From contig CALSCP010000486.1 in NCBI GenBank assembly GCA_943704425.1, positions 1 through 64,000 on the forward strand: 64,000 nt of DNA. The letters are read 5' to 3'. Shown here piece after piece: positions 25,204-39,081 of the stretch. Origin of the DNA: Ministeria vibrans ATCC 50519 (Eukaryota > Protista > Filasterea). A program made the position numbers and the translations under genes. Each line of letters opens with the position of its first letter. Position 1 is the stretch's first letter. The notes under the pieces are model-generated. The model was not told the DNA's origin, searched no databases, and saw nothing but the letters and a program-made list of their open reading frames with translations.

Positions 25204-28200
25204 ATGTCGTCGCCTCAGAAGAAGGCCGCCAAACAGGAAGAGGCTCTTCTTAGAGCAAAGCAGAAGAAGGTTTAAAAAAAAATATTACAATTCTCATTTG
25301 TTGTCTTCCGCCTTCGCACGCGGCAGGACGATGCGCCCTTTGACCGCGGGAGTCGTCTGTCTGCACCCCGTCTCGGTGTCGTGGGCTCTTTTTTTTGCTT
25401 CTTACGCTTCTTTGGTTCTTTTTTGCCCTTTTCGACATTAGACGTTCACCCGATGGGCAAACTCGTATCTCATCCACCGGTAAGCATCACCCCCCGTCTC
25501 CCATACGTCTAGCTCCATCGGCCGCCCCCGATGTTCCACTTACCACTCCCAATGCAAAAAACTCTCGTCTGTTTTTTTATATTTTTTTCTTCTCACCTTT
25601 TTTTTTCGCTTTTCTTCTTCTGTGCTGTTTGCACCGCAGGGATATGACAATCCACAACTTGTACGAGGACCTCAAGGATGGCATTTACCTGTTCAACTTG
25701 TGTCAGCTCATCTCGGGCAAGAAAGTCGGCTCGATCAACACCAACCCGAAACGGCCCATCCAACGGTCAGAGAACCTCTCCAAATCGTTTGACTTTCTTC
25801 TCAGTGAGGGTGTCAAACTCATCAACATCGATCCCAAGACAATCGAGTCGGGCACCGAGTATCTCATTCTCGGTCTCATGTGGGCTATCATCAACACGTA
25901 CCAAGTCAAGGGCGGCGGTACTGCGGGAGGCGAAGCCAAGGCACTCACCCTTGCCTGGTACGCTAATGTGTGTCGCTGTGTGTTGTGTCCCTTGTTTCCT
26001 TCAACTCTCTCATGTTTTTCTCTTGCGCACAACGTCAATAGGATGTCCGATGTCATTGGTGCGCCAGTGAAGTCGCTCAAGGATATGGTGGATGGCCAGA
26101 TACTCTCGCGCGTGGTCAATGGTGTAGCGCGCGCCGATCCTGAACTCCGACGCGATCTCATCGACATCGACACGCTCGATTTGAGCGAAGGTCAGAAGAA
26201 TAATAAGCATGCCATTGAATTGGCCGATTCACTTTTGGGTGTGCCAGCCATCATTGAGGAGGACTGCTTTAAAAAGAGCTCGCTCGATGAGCTCTCCATC
26301 ATGACCTACTTGGGCCTGCTGCGCGAGCTTGCCGACGAAAACAAAAGCAAGAGCGATGCCGCAGCGGCCACCGCCGATTCGTCACCGCCCACTTCTCGCT
26401 TTGCATTGCGCCGCGAATCGGCTGGTCGTCCCAGCAGTGGCGCCCCCTCTGCGCCACCGCAGCAACTCGTCATTGATGGTCCTACCAAAACGACACTCAC
26501 CGTCTACCAGGAGATCAGCATCCCACTGCGCGCTCAACTGCTTGATGGCCAAGCGTGGAACACGGGAGGTGCGTCGGTCACGGTCGAGTCGTCGTGCGCT
26601 CCTGAATTTCTTGCCTGGTCCGTCAGCGACAACAGCGACGGCTCCTACACCCTCACCGTCACTCCACGCACCCCCGGCGAGACAAGCGTTGTCGTGAAAA
26701 TCAACGGCGACGCTGCACGAAACGGTCCTCTGGTGCTCATAGTTTTGCCGCTTGCCAACGGTATTGCTTTTGTTCAACAAGACATTGCTCCCGCCACCTG
26801 CATGAGCACGTTCAAGTTCCAACTCACCTACGATGGCGCACCTGTCACCGATATGCCCGACAACGTGCTCTGCGATGTTGAGATCAGCACGGCCGGTGCG
26901 GTAGTTCTCGATGATTTGGGTCGCGGCAAGTTCTTCTGCGAATTTACCCCGGATTCTGCTGGGCTCATCAACTGCGCAATTTTCTTTGACGGCCGATCCG
27001 TCGGCACCTGTTCATTTGATGTGAAGCCTCGCACTGCGACGCTGTGCATTACCACCCTAGACGACGACGCGCCCTTGTCCACCACCGGTGACCCCTCAAC
27101 TGTCACGCTGGCCGTCCATGACGATTACACCGATGTGCTTATCGACGATATTAGGGCCGATGATGTTCTTGTGCGTGCCTCGCCCGAAGACAGCTGCAAA
27201 ATTGGCGGTGTTCATAGCTCTGCCCAGGGCTTCACAGTCGAAGTGGTGCCCCTGATTGCAGGCAAGTTCGGCCTTGTCGTACAGGCGACGACTCCCTACG
27301 GCCTGGTGGCGCGTGGTGAGCAGTTCTTTACTATCAGCAATCCGCTGTTGCGTGGCTCCCTCAGCGAGGTCTCTGGTACTGCTGGTCATCCGTGTAGTTT
27401 TGAGCTGCACGTCGAGCGAGATGGACATTCCTGCAAGAAGGTGAGTGCGGCGCAGTCAAACGTTGTGCTCGATGGCATCCACCTTGCGCCCATTGCGCAT
27501 GAGATCAAGGTTGCCGACTTGGATGGCCTCGAGGGCGGCCTCACCTGCACGTTTGCCCCACCAGTACCAGGCGACTACAAGCTGAGCGCCTCATGTTTTG
27601 GCGTGCCCGTTTCGCTTGATGCCAATGCAAAAATTCACATTGACGCGCTGCCCCCGCGTGTTTTTTCCGTCTCCATTGCGCCTCTTCCCGTTGTCGAGGG
27701 CTGTCGTTCGACAGTGAGCGTTGCCATGATCAACGAATACGATGGCGAACCCGTAAGCGAAGATGCACTTCCTCTCGACCGTGTCTGCCTGTCCATTGCC
27801 CCCACCGGCGACACCGTTCCTGCGACGCGTGTCTCGGCCGGCGGTGTCTACGAAGTCGACTGGACCCCTGCCGCAAGCGGACCGCACCACGCGACACTGC
27901 TTGTCTGCAATGAGCGTGCGCTGGACACACACGGCACAGTCAAGGGTGCCGTTGAGATCGCCGTGTCTGCGCCTGCGCCTCCCGTCGTGCACACGGTTGC
28001 GGTGGCCACACAGACACAGCTGGAAATGGACGAGATGCAAGAGCAAGACCGCCAGCGAAGCAGTCTCAAGGTGCGTGTGGACTTTCTAAGTAATGTCTGG
28101 GATTTGTCCGTCCCTTCGAGTTTTCGCCAAGTCCTCGATCGGGTCAAGTCCTTCCCGGGGGTAATCATTTTCAATATCTCTTGCCATCTTCGCAATTTTG

Positions 28201-31127
28201 ATGTCGCTGCCTATTCCCGTTGGCTCTTGCTCTCTCTTTTGTCAACCCCATAGCGCTTCGCCTCCATCGTATGTGCTGTGTTTGTTTTGTTTTTTCAAGT
28301 TCTTTGTTTATGTGCTTTATTGTGAATTAGTTGTGTTTTGTATTTTCCAAATGAAAATATTTCATCTTGACTGTAAAAATAATGACTATAATAATTCTCT
28401 TGAAGGAAAATGTTATAATAATAAGAATAATAATAATTATTATTATTATAATATTTTTATTATTATGGTTGTTATTATTGTTCTGATGTTTGTGAGGGTG
28501 TTCTTTTCTGTGACTGCAAAAGCAAAAACGAAAGCGTGCTCCATTTCTGATCAATGGTTTTTGGCTATTAGGCTGAAGTGGACCGGGCGAAACGGAGCCT
28601 TGAGGATGTGGGCGAGCAGCTGCATACGGAGAGCCAGACCGCACAGGAGCTGCAGAAGAAACTGGATGCGGCGGTGAAGCAGAATGAGCAGCTGGGAGCG
28701 GACTTGGAGGCGCAACGGAAGCAGGTTGAGGATTTGAAAAAGAAGCTGGATGGGGCGTTGGCGGATGCGCGTGCAGGGGAGGAACGCCATCGCAGTGTAG
28801 TGGCGGAGATGGAGGAGACAAACCAGCGACGTATTGTACGTGAGAAGGATAATCGAGCGGCGCGTGAGGCAGCCGAGGCAAGCGCGCAGAATGCTCAAGG
28901 GGAGGTGATGGCTGCTCGTGAGGCACTGGTGCGTGAGAAAACGGAAGCACAGCGGGAGTTGGAGGGACTGCGAGCCGAGCAGGAGCGATTGAGATCTGAG
29001 GCGGAGGCGGAACAGGGCCATCTTCAAGCTGAGCTGGAGCGATTAAGCACTGAGCTGGAGAGGGTGCGATCCGATATGGGTTCGGAGAATGAGCGGTTGC
29101 GTGAAGCTGGCGCCAAGGCGGAGGAGGATTTGGTTAGAGCGCATATGATGCGTGAGCGGGAGAGACTTGCAAGCGAGGATGATCTCAAGCAACTGCGTGA
29201 AGAGATGGAGAAGGCACGAAAGAAGGGCGAGGAGGAGAAGCAGCAGCTTAAGGATGCGCTGACAGCGGCCGGGGATGATCTCAAGCAACTGCGTGAAGAG
29301 ATGGAGGAGGCACGAAAGAAGGGCGAGGAGGAGAAGCAGCAGCTTAAGGATGCGCTATTGGCAGCGGCGGGGGATGATCTCAAGCAACTGCGTGAAGAGA
29401 TGGAGGAGGCACAAAAGAAGGGCGAGGAGGAGAAGCAGCAGCTTAAGGATGCGCTGACAGCGGCGGGGGATGATCTCAAGCAACTGCGTGAAGAGATGGA
29501 GGAGGCACGAAAGAAGGGCGAGGAGGAGAAGCAGCAGCTTAAGGATGCGCTGACAGCGGCGGGGGATGATCTCAAGCGACTGCGTGAAGAGGTGGAGGAG
29601 GCACGAAAGAAGGGCGAGGAGGAGAAGCAGCAGCTTAAGGATGCGCTGACAGCGGCGGGGGATGATCTCAAGCGACTGCGTGAAGAGATGGAGGAGGCAC
29701 GAAAGAAGGGCGAGGAGGAGAAGCAGCAGCTTAAGGATGCGCTGACAGCGGCGGGGGATGATCTCAAGCAACTGCGTGAAGAGATTGAGGAGAAGCACAA
29801 ACTTCAGGATGCGCTGACAGTGGCGGGGGATGATCTCAAGCAACTGCGTGAAAAGATGGAGGAGGCACAAAAGAAGGGCGAGGAGGAGAAGCACAAACTT
29901 CAGGATGCGCTATTGGCAGCGGAGAAGGAGCGTGATCGACTGGGCAAGGCACTGGAACAGGGTGCCGGTGAGCAAGGTCAGGAAGTGAAGCGACTCTGTG
30001 AGGAACTGTCACAGGCCCAGCAGCGCGAGAAGAAGCTCGCACAAGCGAGTGCTGCGGCGGAGAAACTGGCTGGGGAGGAACTGTCAGCGGCAAAGAAGAG
30101 TGCAGCGGAAGCGCAGAACGATTTGCAGGGACGATTGACAGCGGCCGAGAAGGCACGCGACAAGTTGGAGCGGGTGGGACATGATGCCACCAGGGCATTG
30201 GAGAAGCGTCTGGTCAGTGCCGAGAAGGAGCGAGATGCGGCCAAGAAGGGACTGGAAAAGGCAGAGAAGGCGCGCGATGACGCGGTGCGGGCACGCGACA
30301 ATGCACTGCGAGCGCATGATCATGTGCAGGCGGTTGCAAATGGGCTTCATGATCGCGTGAAGGCGGCGGAGACTGAATGCGACAAGGCTCGGGCGTCGGT
30401 TGAGGCTAAGCAGAGGCAGCTGACGGATGCGGAGCAGGAGGGAGCACGACTTGTGAAGGAACTGAAGGCACAGCCGGAAGAGCCGTCGACGAAGGAGAGC
30501 AGGGTGCTTGGCAAGGTGCTGTCGAATGCGGTGGTTTTAGCGACTGTAGCGGCAGTAGCGTGGCACACGAGTGACATTGACACGGTGTCGAGTACGTCGC
30601 ATGGGCTGTGGTGTGCGGGTTTGGGTGCATTGGCGTCGGCAAGTGCACTGGACGCGGTTGGAGTGGATCCTACACAGAGCATGCCTGCCCAGGTGAGTCG
30701 GGCGGTACTGGATGGCACATGGGTGACGGCGCTGCCTCTTGCAGTTGTGACGGTGCTTGTGCCGGCATTGGGTGCGATGCTGAGCAGCAGCGAGATTGTT
30801 CCTTTGCTTGTGTTGGCCACCATGGCATTGGCGACGGTGCTTGCCGTTGGGGTGTCGGAGGGCACCCGACGGGCTGTGCAAGGGGCGTTTGTGGCCAGTC
30901 AGGTGGGTTTGATGGCCGCAGCGGGTGCAGAGAAGGCGTACGTGGCCATGCTGCTGAGCGGGGCGAGTGTGATCGGGGCGAGCGTGGTGGCAGCGCGCCA
31001 GCCCGTCCTGTGGACAGGGCAGTCTGCACCCTGGGCAGCCAACCTCGCCAAGGCCACTATTGTTGCCGCCCTGGCCGAGGCCTACCGTCCCCATGTTCAG
31101 GCCAACTCGCTCATGCCCTACAACTAA
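25204..31127 (+). CDS. Actinin-type CH-CH + filamin/Ig-like repeats + long coiled coil + C-terminal hydrophobic multi-helix region
   Basis: TFTRWANSYL..LYEDLKDG..ILGLMWAII (CH1) and DELSIMTYL (CH2). Filamin repeats (DNSDGSYTLTVTPRTPGETSVVVKING). Phase-0 intron 28071-28571 (gtgcgt..ttag) joins in frame to the 849-aa coiled-coil/hydrophobic ORF. Confidence 0.78.
29178..29920 (+). repeat. Coding tandem repeat, ~8 x 96 bp (DDLKQLREEMEEARKKGEEEKQQLKDALTAAG)
   Basis: Near-identical units starting at 29178, 29274, 29373, 29469, 29565, 29661, 29757 (short) and 29829. Confidence 0.95.
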
Positions 31128-31182
31128 ACCATACATAATCCGTCCTATGATGCAATGCAAGTATTATTATTCTTATTATTTA

Positions 31183-32175
<993 letters not shown>

Positions 32176-32353
32176 TTACCAGTACGCTCGGCAGTGGCAA
32201 AGTAGTAGTGCTGTCGGTATGGGTATCAAATGGTTGCTAACTTGCTATTGCTGATGATCAAAGCGATTGTGAATGAGAAGTGAGGAGACTGTGCGGAACT
32301 GGAGTGTTGTTTGTTTTGGCTACTTTCACACTTTTTGCAAAACTCTCAACACC

Positions 32354-33387
32354 ATGTCGAACTGTACGGTGAAGCTGTTTGCCTCCACCAAGTTTGCTCT
32401 GGGTGAGGGTGCACTGTGGGACTCGCGGAAGGGACGGCTGCTGTTCATTGACATTCTTGGCGGGAATGTTTACTGCATCGACGAAGAGGGACGCCACCAG
32501 ACGACGCTGGCGGCCTTCGACGGGATGGTCGGGACAGTAGTGCCCCGGGCAAGCGGCGGTGTGGTGGTGGGGGCGGCGAAGGGGTTTGTGGCGGTGGACG
32601 AGGCTGGGGCGACGACCCTGCTGGCGGCGGTGGAGGCGGAGACGCCCACGACGCGACTCAACGACGGCAAGTGCTGTCCATCGGGCCGCCTTGTCGCCGG
32701 GACCATGCTTGTTGATGATGCTGATAGTTCTCCGCCGGCCGGGTCGCTCTACGCGCTTGACGGCGAAGCTGGTGTCAAGAAATTGTTTGGAGACGCAAAG
32801 GTAGAAGAAGCAAACTGTAACACTCGTAGACAATGAGAGAAACGTGACCAGGATGGAAATTTAGATTCCAAACGGAATTGTGTGGACGAAAGACAGTAAG
32901 ACGATGTACTGGATTGACAGTCCACTGCGAACAGTGTTTGCATTTGACTGGGATGTAAGTGAGGGCACCGCAAGCAATCGACGAGCTGCGATAGTGTGGA
33001 CCGACCCTACGTGGGGCGTGCCGGACGGTTGTACCATTGACAATGGTAGGAAGACACAATGGACTAACGAGGCTATTCTCTGAGAGAGACTAATCAATGT
33101 GGTAACGTGTGACGATAGAGGACAATCTATGGATTGCGCACTGGGATGGAGGGCGAGTGACGCAGTGGGACCCGCGCACCCGCACACTGCTGGCGACGGT
33201 ACCGATTCCTGCGCCACGCGTCACCTCCGTGGCGTTCGGGGGAGCACAGCTCAACACACTGTATGTGACAACGGCGCGAGTGGGTCTGGATGCAGCTGCA
33301 TTGGCGCAGGCACCCGAGGCCGGGTCGATCTTCCGCGTGGACGGCACGGGGGCCACGGGCGTACCGAGCACAGAGTATGCCCACTAG
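32354..33387 (+). CDS. RGN: Regucalcin / SMP-30 / gluconolactonase
   Basis: LGEGALWD, RLNDGKC.PSGRLVAGTM, SNGIVW..KTMYWIDS, PDGCTID..DNLWIA, VTSVAFGG..L.TLYVT. Confidence 0.93.
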
Positions 33388-33444
33388 TGTAGCGAAGGGT
33401 ATCTTTGATGATGTTGTTGATGGTGGTGGTATATGGTACACATG

Positions 33445-33896
33445 TTACATGCTTTCGGTGAAGAAGCGCTTTCCCATCTCGTACGATGAGATCATAATGG
33501 CACAGGCAGGCGCAACCTACCAAAAAGCGAGGATCGGGCATGAGCAAGAGAAACGCTCCAATGGAATTTATGGAACCGTACCTTAATGACTCTGGGAAGC
33601 ACTCCCACAAACAGTCCTGAGAATCCCTCTACGCTCACAATCCGCTGTAGGTCCTGCCATAGCCCCTGCGCTCCCTGTGCCCCTCCGCCCCGTCTACGGC
33701 CCTTCACGCCATCTACACACACCCACACACAGTCACGAAGAGGAATGGGGGAACATGCGTATTGTCTTACATATGGATTCGCCCACTCGCACCTGCGCAT
33801 GTGTCTTCACCACCTACACGAAACACAGCACTCAACACAGACACAATGACACAGTCACAATGACACGGACACACACACAATCACACACACACACAA

Positions 33897-33973
<77 letters not shown>

Positions 33974-35115
33974 CACAGAGAGCGCATACGTCAAAGGGTG
34001 TCGTGACCACTGCCGCCCCCATCCCTGCTACTGCCCCCGACACAAACGCACCGGCAAACGGTCCCAGGTCCGATGTTTCCTTCAGCTGTTGTCGCATCCA
34101 GTCGTACCCAGTCCAATACAACACTAGAAGAAGAAAAAGATAGAAAGAGTGGAGTCAACTGTGGGTGGGTATTTGTGTGTGCGGTTCAAGCGTACTGCTG
34201 AAGGGCACATCGCGCAGGAGCGTCGCGGGCAGTCCGCGCCACAATGACCGCACTCCCTCTACGCGCACCGACTCTCGCATCGTCGACAGCACTCCTACAT
34301 GCGTACTGCCAGTTCAGCATCCTTACGCAACACACGAACATCCGCTCGTACTCTTGTAACCCAATCCGCTTGCTTGGATTTTGGTGCGGACCATTTCCAA
34401 AGGAGAAATGGCTGTGACTGCAAACGCGCGTGAAAGTCCACCGGCCAAAGGCGCTGCCCAGCCCTCCCGCACTCGTCTGCAAGTGGCATGTGTGAGTGTA
34501 AGTGTGCATTGAAGCTGTTTCGCTTACGAGTCTGCGGCAAACTTAGCTTTGAGTTGATCATAGGCGGTAAAGTAAATCTAAGAGCCAAAGTGTGTCAAGA
34601 ACATGACAACGTTGCTGCGGCGTATCGCTTGCTCGCATACCATTGTGGCCGGCACTGCCATCACAAGGGTGGGTGGGAGGCCCAGCCAGAGCGCCGAGGC
34701 GCCTTCGTTTCGAAAGATTTTCACGGCGGCGTCCAACGAGTGCCGATAGCGCGGCTCCAGCAGCTTATGCTCCGAACAGGCACACAAATGGTCCATAAGG
34801 CCATTGCAGAAGACGACGCAGGGGGCGGCAGGTCTCGCCTGTGCCTGAGAGAGTAGAGACGCGGGGGATGAGCAGGGATGACTCAACCGACCGGATGGGC
34901 GGCACGTTGCCAACTTCCCCCACGCTGGACGAGGCGCTTTGCGCAACGCAACGACAGGGATACAACTGCATGCGCCTGTTCCAAACCTGAAGTCGAGTTT
35001 TGACGACGTCCAGCGGCGTCATGAGCAGCGCAGTCAGGAAGGCGCCAGAGCACGACGCGATCATCTGCTGCCACGGCAAAATGGCCTTCCCCGAACCGAT
35101 TGTCTCGACGGACAT
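33445..35115 (-). CDS. SLC25A40: Mitochondrial carrier, SLC25A39/40 (Mtm1) family
   Basis: TPLDVVKTRLQ, family-typical loop FCNGLMDHLC, LWLGLPPTLVMAVPAT, LLRDVPFS, VAPACAIMISSYE. Confidence 0.9.
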
Positions 35116-35246
35116 TGCAAAAGAGGTCAGTCACAAGGATGATTCAATCAATGGTGTAAGAGGGGTGTAGAAAATAATATAATTATTATAGAATTGATTT
35201 TCATCTTTATTAATATTATTATGACTGTTACTTTTGTATGTTGGAG

Positions 35247-36365
35247 TCACCAGTCGACCATTGAGCGGGCCCGCTCAAGGATCGCCGCGTCGGCGTTGAT
35301 GTGCGCCGCCGAGTAGTTCTTGCGGCGAGTGCCAACTTTGTTGATGACAATGCCAATGTTGCCGGAGAAGCGGCGAGCGAGGGCAGTACGGGCATGGCGG
35401 GCCTTGAGCTTGGACACGGCTGCCACGGCTCGCGACAGGCGTGCTCCATTGTCACTGTGCGTCGCGCCTTCGGGGTGGCTGCTGTGGCACAGGTGTCGCT
35501 CAAGGAGAGCGCGCGATGCACTTGGCTCGACTGAGTGCAGTGTGTCCATGGCCCACAGAATGTGGCGATCGTCAATGCGATCCTCAGATCGCAAGACAGT
35601 CACACGCTCGTCTGGGTGTAGGTCGTTGCGGGTGCGCAGCGCCGTGCGCTCGTCGGCCGTCAGTGTGGTGATGGTGGCGGGCAGATGCATCGCCAGACGC
35701 GCATTGGCCGTGGTCAGACGGTCAAGATGAGCGAGCATGCGCGGGTGATGTGGTAGGCATCCCTTCTCGCGCAGCAGTGCAATCACAGTCTCCGCCAGTG
35801 GGACCTTCTTGGCCTTGGTGATTTTGCGCTTTGACTCGGCTGCGTTTGCCCGATGTCCCTTGCGGCGTCGCTCTCGAAGAATCTCAGGCTCAATGGCGTC
35901 GAAGATTTCGGACATGCCACTGTCGTCGACGGACATGTTGGCGGTGGGGCTGAGAGTGCGGGGATGGAGAGTGAAGGGGCAGCAGATTGCATCAGAGGCG
36001 GAGGAAGGAAGGCCAGCAAGGGCGTCGTCGCCGTCGCCGTCGGGCAGCAGTGGAGTCGTGGTGGTGATGGTGGGGAGGGGGGGTGGTGGTGGTCGTGGTG
36101 AGGGGAGATCAAGGCTGTCGCTGGGGACAAGGTCGAGCGAATCGACGACAAAACCCCACTCGAGACGCTCACTGAGGCCGTCTGTGTGCTCGCTGGGCTC
36201 GTTGATCGCACTGTGCCATGGACGTAGCAAGCGCGGTGCAGAACGAGCGAGCGTCGTCCGAGTCGAGCGGAACCGACTCAAAGTCGTCGTGCAGAGTAGC
36301 GAGAAGAGAGAGGTCCATGTTGCCTGTGTGTGTGCTGGAGCAGAATACGATAGGGTTGCTTGCAC
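35247..36365 (-). CDS. Hypothetical protein (start/5' exon uncertain)
   Basis: 372-codon GC-rich ORF filling the space between two genes; basic NLS-like segment RERRRKGHR..KRKITKAKK; no family recognised. Confidence 0.6.
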   Translation of the reverse strand: MQATLSYSAPAHTQATWTSLFSLLCTTTLSRFRSTRTTLARSAPRLLRPWHSAINEPSEHTDGLSERLEWGFVVDSLDLVPSDSLDLPSPRPPPPPLPTITTTTPLLPDGDGDDALAGLPSSASDAICCPFTLHPRTLSPTANMSVDDSGMSEIFDAIEPEILRERRRKGHRANAAESKRKITKAKKVPLAETVIALLREKGCLPHHPRMLAHLDRLTTANARLAMHLPATITTLTADERTALRTRNDLHPDERVTVLRSEDRIDDRHILWAMDTLHSVEPSASRALLERHLCHSSHPEGATHSDNGARLSRAVAAVSKLKARHARTALARRFSGNIGIVINKVGTRRKNYSAAHINADAAILERARSMVDW

Positions 36366-36464
36366 TTTGTAAGTGAGAGTGGGCGGGGCCGGTGACGGAG
36401 AGCGAGGGATAGAAATAATTCTAAAACGTAAGTCTATTCATTCACGATCGTTCTTTTTTTTTCC

Positions 36465-38850
36465 ATGAGCACCGAAACTCCTCCGCCCCCGGCGCTGCAG
36501 CTGACCTACCGCGGCAGCTGCGGATGTCAGTCTTTGACGTCGCCCGAGGCGAAACCGGCAAAAAGTCAAAGGTAATCGTAAAAAGAAGATGAAAAAATTT
36601 TGACCTCTCTTTTGTAGGATTCCCGATGCCACGGCGCGCGCCATTGCTTACAGTAGCCAGGGAAAGTACCTTGCGTACTCGACCGCGGACAAGTATGGTC
36701 CTAAGAGCCTCCTCGTTTTTCTAAGATTTGTCTTTTTGCTGTTTTTTGCACTGCGCTCGTTTGCACACGCAGAGTGGTCGTTGTGGACATGCTGACGGAC
36801 GAGACGGTCGAGCTGGAGCAGGCCTCGGTCGTGGCGCTGGCGTTCTCGCCGGACACGGAGGGCTCGGGTGCGCTCTACCTGTGCTGCTATGCGCGCTACT
36901 TCACGCGCGAGCAGGGCGTGGAGGGCGCCAAGAACATCAATCTGTACCGCCTGGCGACGCGCGAGCGCCTTGCCTCGTGGATTTGCAAGAGCATGGACAC
37001 GTGGGAGCCACAGTGGAACAGCGACAGCACGCGGTACATGCGCCAGGCACAGCAGGGCGTCGTGGAGGCGTTTGACCCGCTGGACATTGCGAGTGGCAGC
37101 ACGACACGCGTTGTTGTTGAGGGCATGCAGCAGTTTGCGGTGTCGAGCGACGCAGAACATCTTGCTGTGTATGTGCCGTCGCGCAAAGACGTCCCTGCGT
37201 CGGTTCGCATTCTTAAGGGGCCCGACTACAAGACGGTAGTGGCGCGCAAGAGCTTCTTTAAGGCAGACCGCACGTCGATGCAGTGGAACCGACGGGGCAC
37301 AGCGCTCCTCGTCAATACTGCCACGGACGTTGACCAGACCGGCAAGAGCTACTACGGCGAGACCAATCTCTACTATCTCAGTGCCGCCGGCGACTTTGAC
37401 TGTAATGTGCCACTCAGCAAAGGTACATTTCAGAGAGAGAGAGACAAGGGAGAAAGTAGAATGATAGAGAGAAAAAGAAAACAAACAAACAAAGTGATAG
37501 ACGAGGGATTGATTGAGTTGTCTGTGCTTAGAGGGCCCAATCTACTCTGTTGCGTGGAACCCCAACGGACGCGAGTTTGTTGTAGTATTCGGATTTGTCC
37601 CTGCGACGTGTGTGCTCTTCGACAAGAAGTGCAAACCCATCTTCAGGTAGAGAGAGAGAGAGAGAGAGAGAGAAACAAAGTGATAGAGAGAGAGAAACAA
37701 AGTGATAGAGAGAGAGAGAAACAAAGTGATAGAGAGAGTGTGATAGAGAGAGAGAAACACAGTGATAGAGAGAGAAACTGTGTGTGTGTTTGTGTGAGTG
37801 TGTGGTGAAAGGAACTCAGTGTATTTGTCTGTGTATGTGTGTGTATGTGTGTAGCTTTGGAACGGGCCACTGGAACACCGTGTCGTACTCGCCCAACGGC
37901 ACACACATTGCCATTGCGGGCTTTGGCAACATGCAGGGCGAAATTAGCATCTGGCAACGCGACTCTCTCAAACGCCCAGTCAGGTCTGAACTTCTCTCAT
38001 CCTGTGTGTGTCTGTGCTCATTTTGTGTGTAGTGAATTTAAGGCACCTGACACGACTGTGTTTGAGTGGAGCCCCGACAGTCGATTCCTTCTGGCCGCAT
38101 CCACATCCCCCCGACTGCGCGTCAACAATGGCATCCGAGTATTCCATGCGAATGGTGAGCACACACTTTTCACTCACTTACCCGCACACTCACCTCACTC
38201 ATCCTCCCACTATAATAGGCACACTTGTGTTCCAGGAGGCCATTGATGAGCTGCTGGACATCAAGTGGCGTCCGGCCCTGCCGTACCTGTGGCCCCGTCG
38301 GGCCCTCACCCCACCCCCCGTCCGCGCCTCCTCCTCCACTGCCTCCTCTGCCACTGCGTCTGCCGCTGCTGCTCCGACCAAGTACGTCCCGCCCCATCTG
38401 CGCGGTAAGGCTGCTGCGTCGGCGTCCGTCAAGGCCGCACCCGTCATCCGCCTCCACACGACTGAGGCCGCCAAGGACCTCACTGTCAAGGCGGATGCGG
38501 CTGCCGCACAGACGGCCGCCGCCCTCAAGAACAAGAAGAAGCGCGAGGCCAAAAAGAAGCAGAAGGAAGAGGAGGAGGCCCGTGCTGGTCCACCTGCTGC
38601 AGCAGCAACCGCCGCCGCCGCCGCCACCGCGCCATCGGCTCCTGCTTCATCCGCATCTGCCTCTGACGACACTCTGGATGAAAAGGCCGCCACCGAGAAG
38701 AAACTGCGCAATCTGAAGAAGAAACTGCGCCAGATTGCGGACCTCAAGGCCAAGGAGTCGCGCGACGCAACGCAGCAGGAGAAGGTCGATAGCGAGCCCG
38801 GTATCCTCCAGTCCGTGGCCGAACTCGAGGCGCGTCTCGCGCAGCTGTGA
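36465..38850 (+). CDS. EIF2A: Eukaryotic translation initiation factor 2A
   Basis: LTYRGS.G N-terminus, KSFFKAD, TDVDQTGKSYYGETNLY, AGFGNMQG, TSPRLRVNNG, YVPPHLR, C-terminal KLRNLKKKLRQI..LK. Confidence 0.95.
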
Positions 38851-39081
38851 ACTGAGAATGAAAGCAAACAACCATGCTGATTGCAATGCTTATTATTGTT
38901 ATCAACTATTGACTGTTTATTGGCGTGTTAATGCACGCGTAGCCCACGGTGCACGATAACTAGTATTCGATCAAATGTTTTATAGTAATTTTGAATGTTT
39001 TTAATTGTATTAAAAATTATTATTCACTTTTTTTTCTAGTCATCTTTCTCTTCACTCCCCACCCTCCACATCTAAAACACA

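Noticed and set aside
29024-29894. Repetitive minus-strand ORFs; possible CRISPR-like array
   Set aside because: Antisense of the coding 96-bp tandem repeat; no unique spacers, no cas genes, eukaryotic context.
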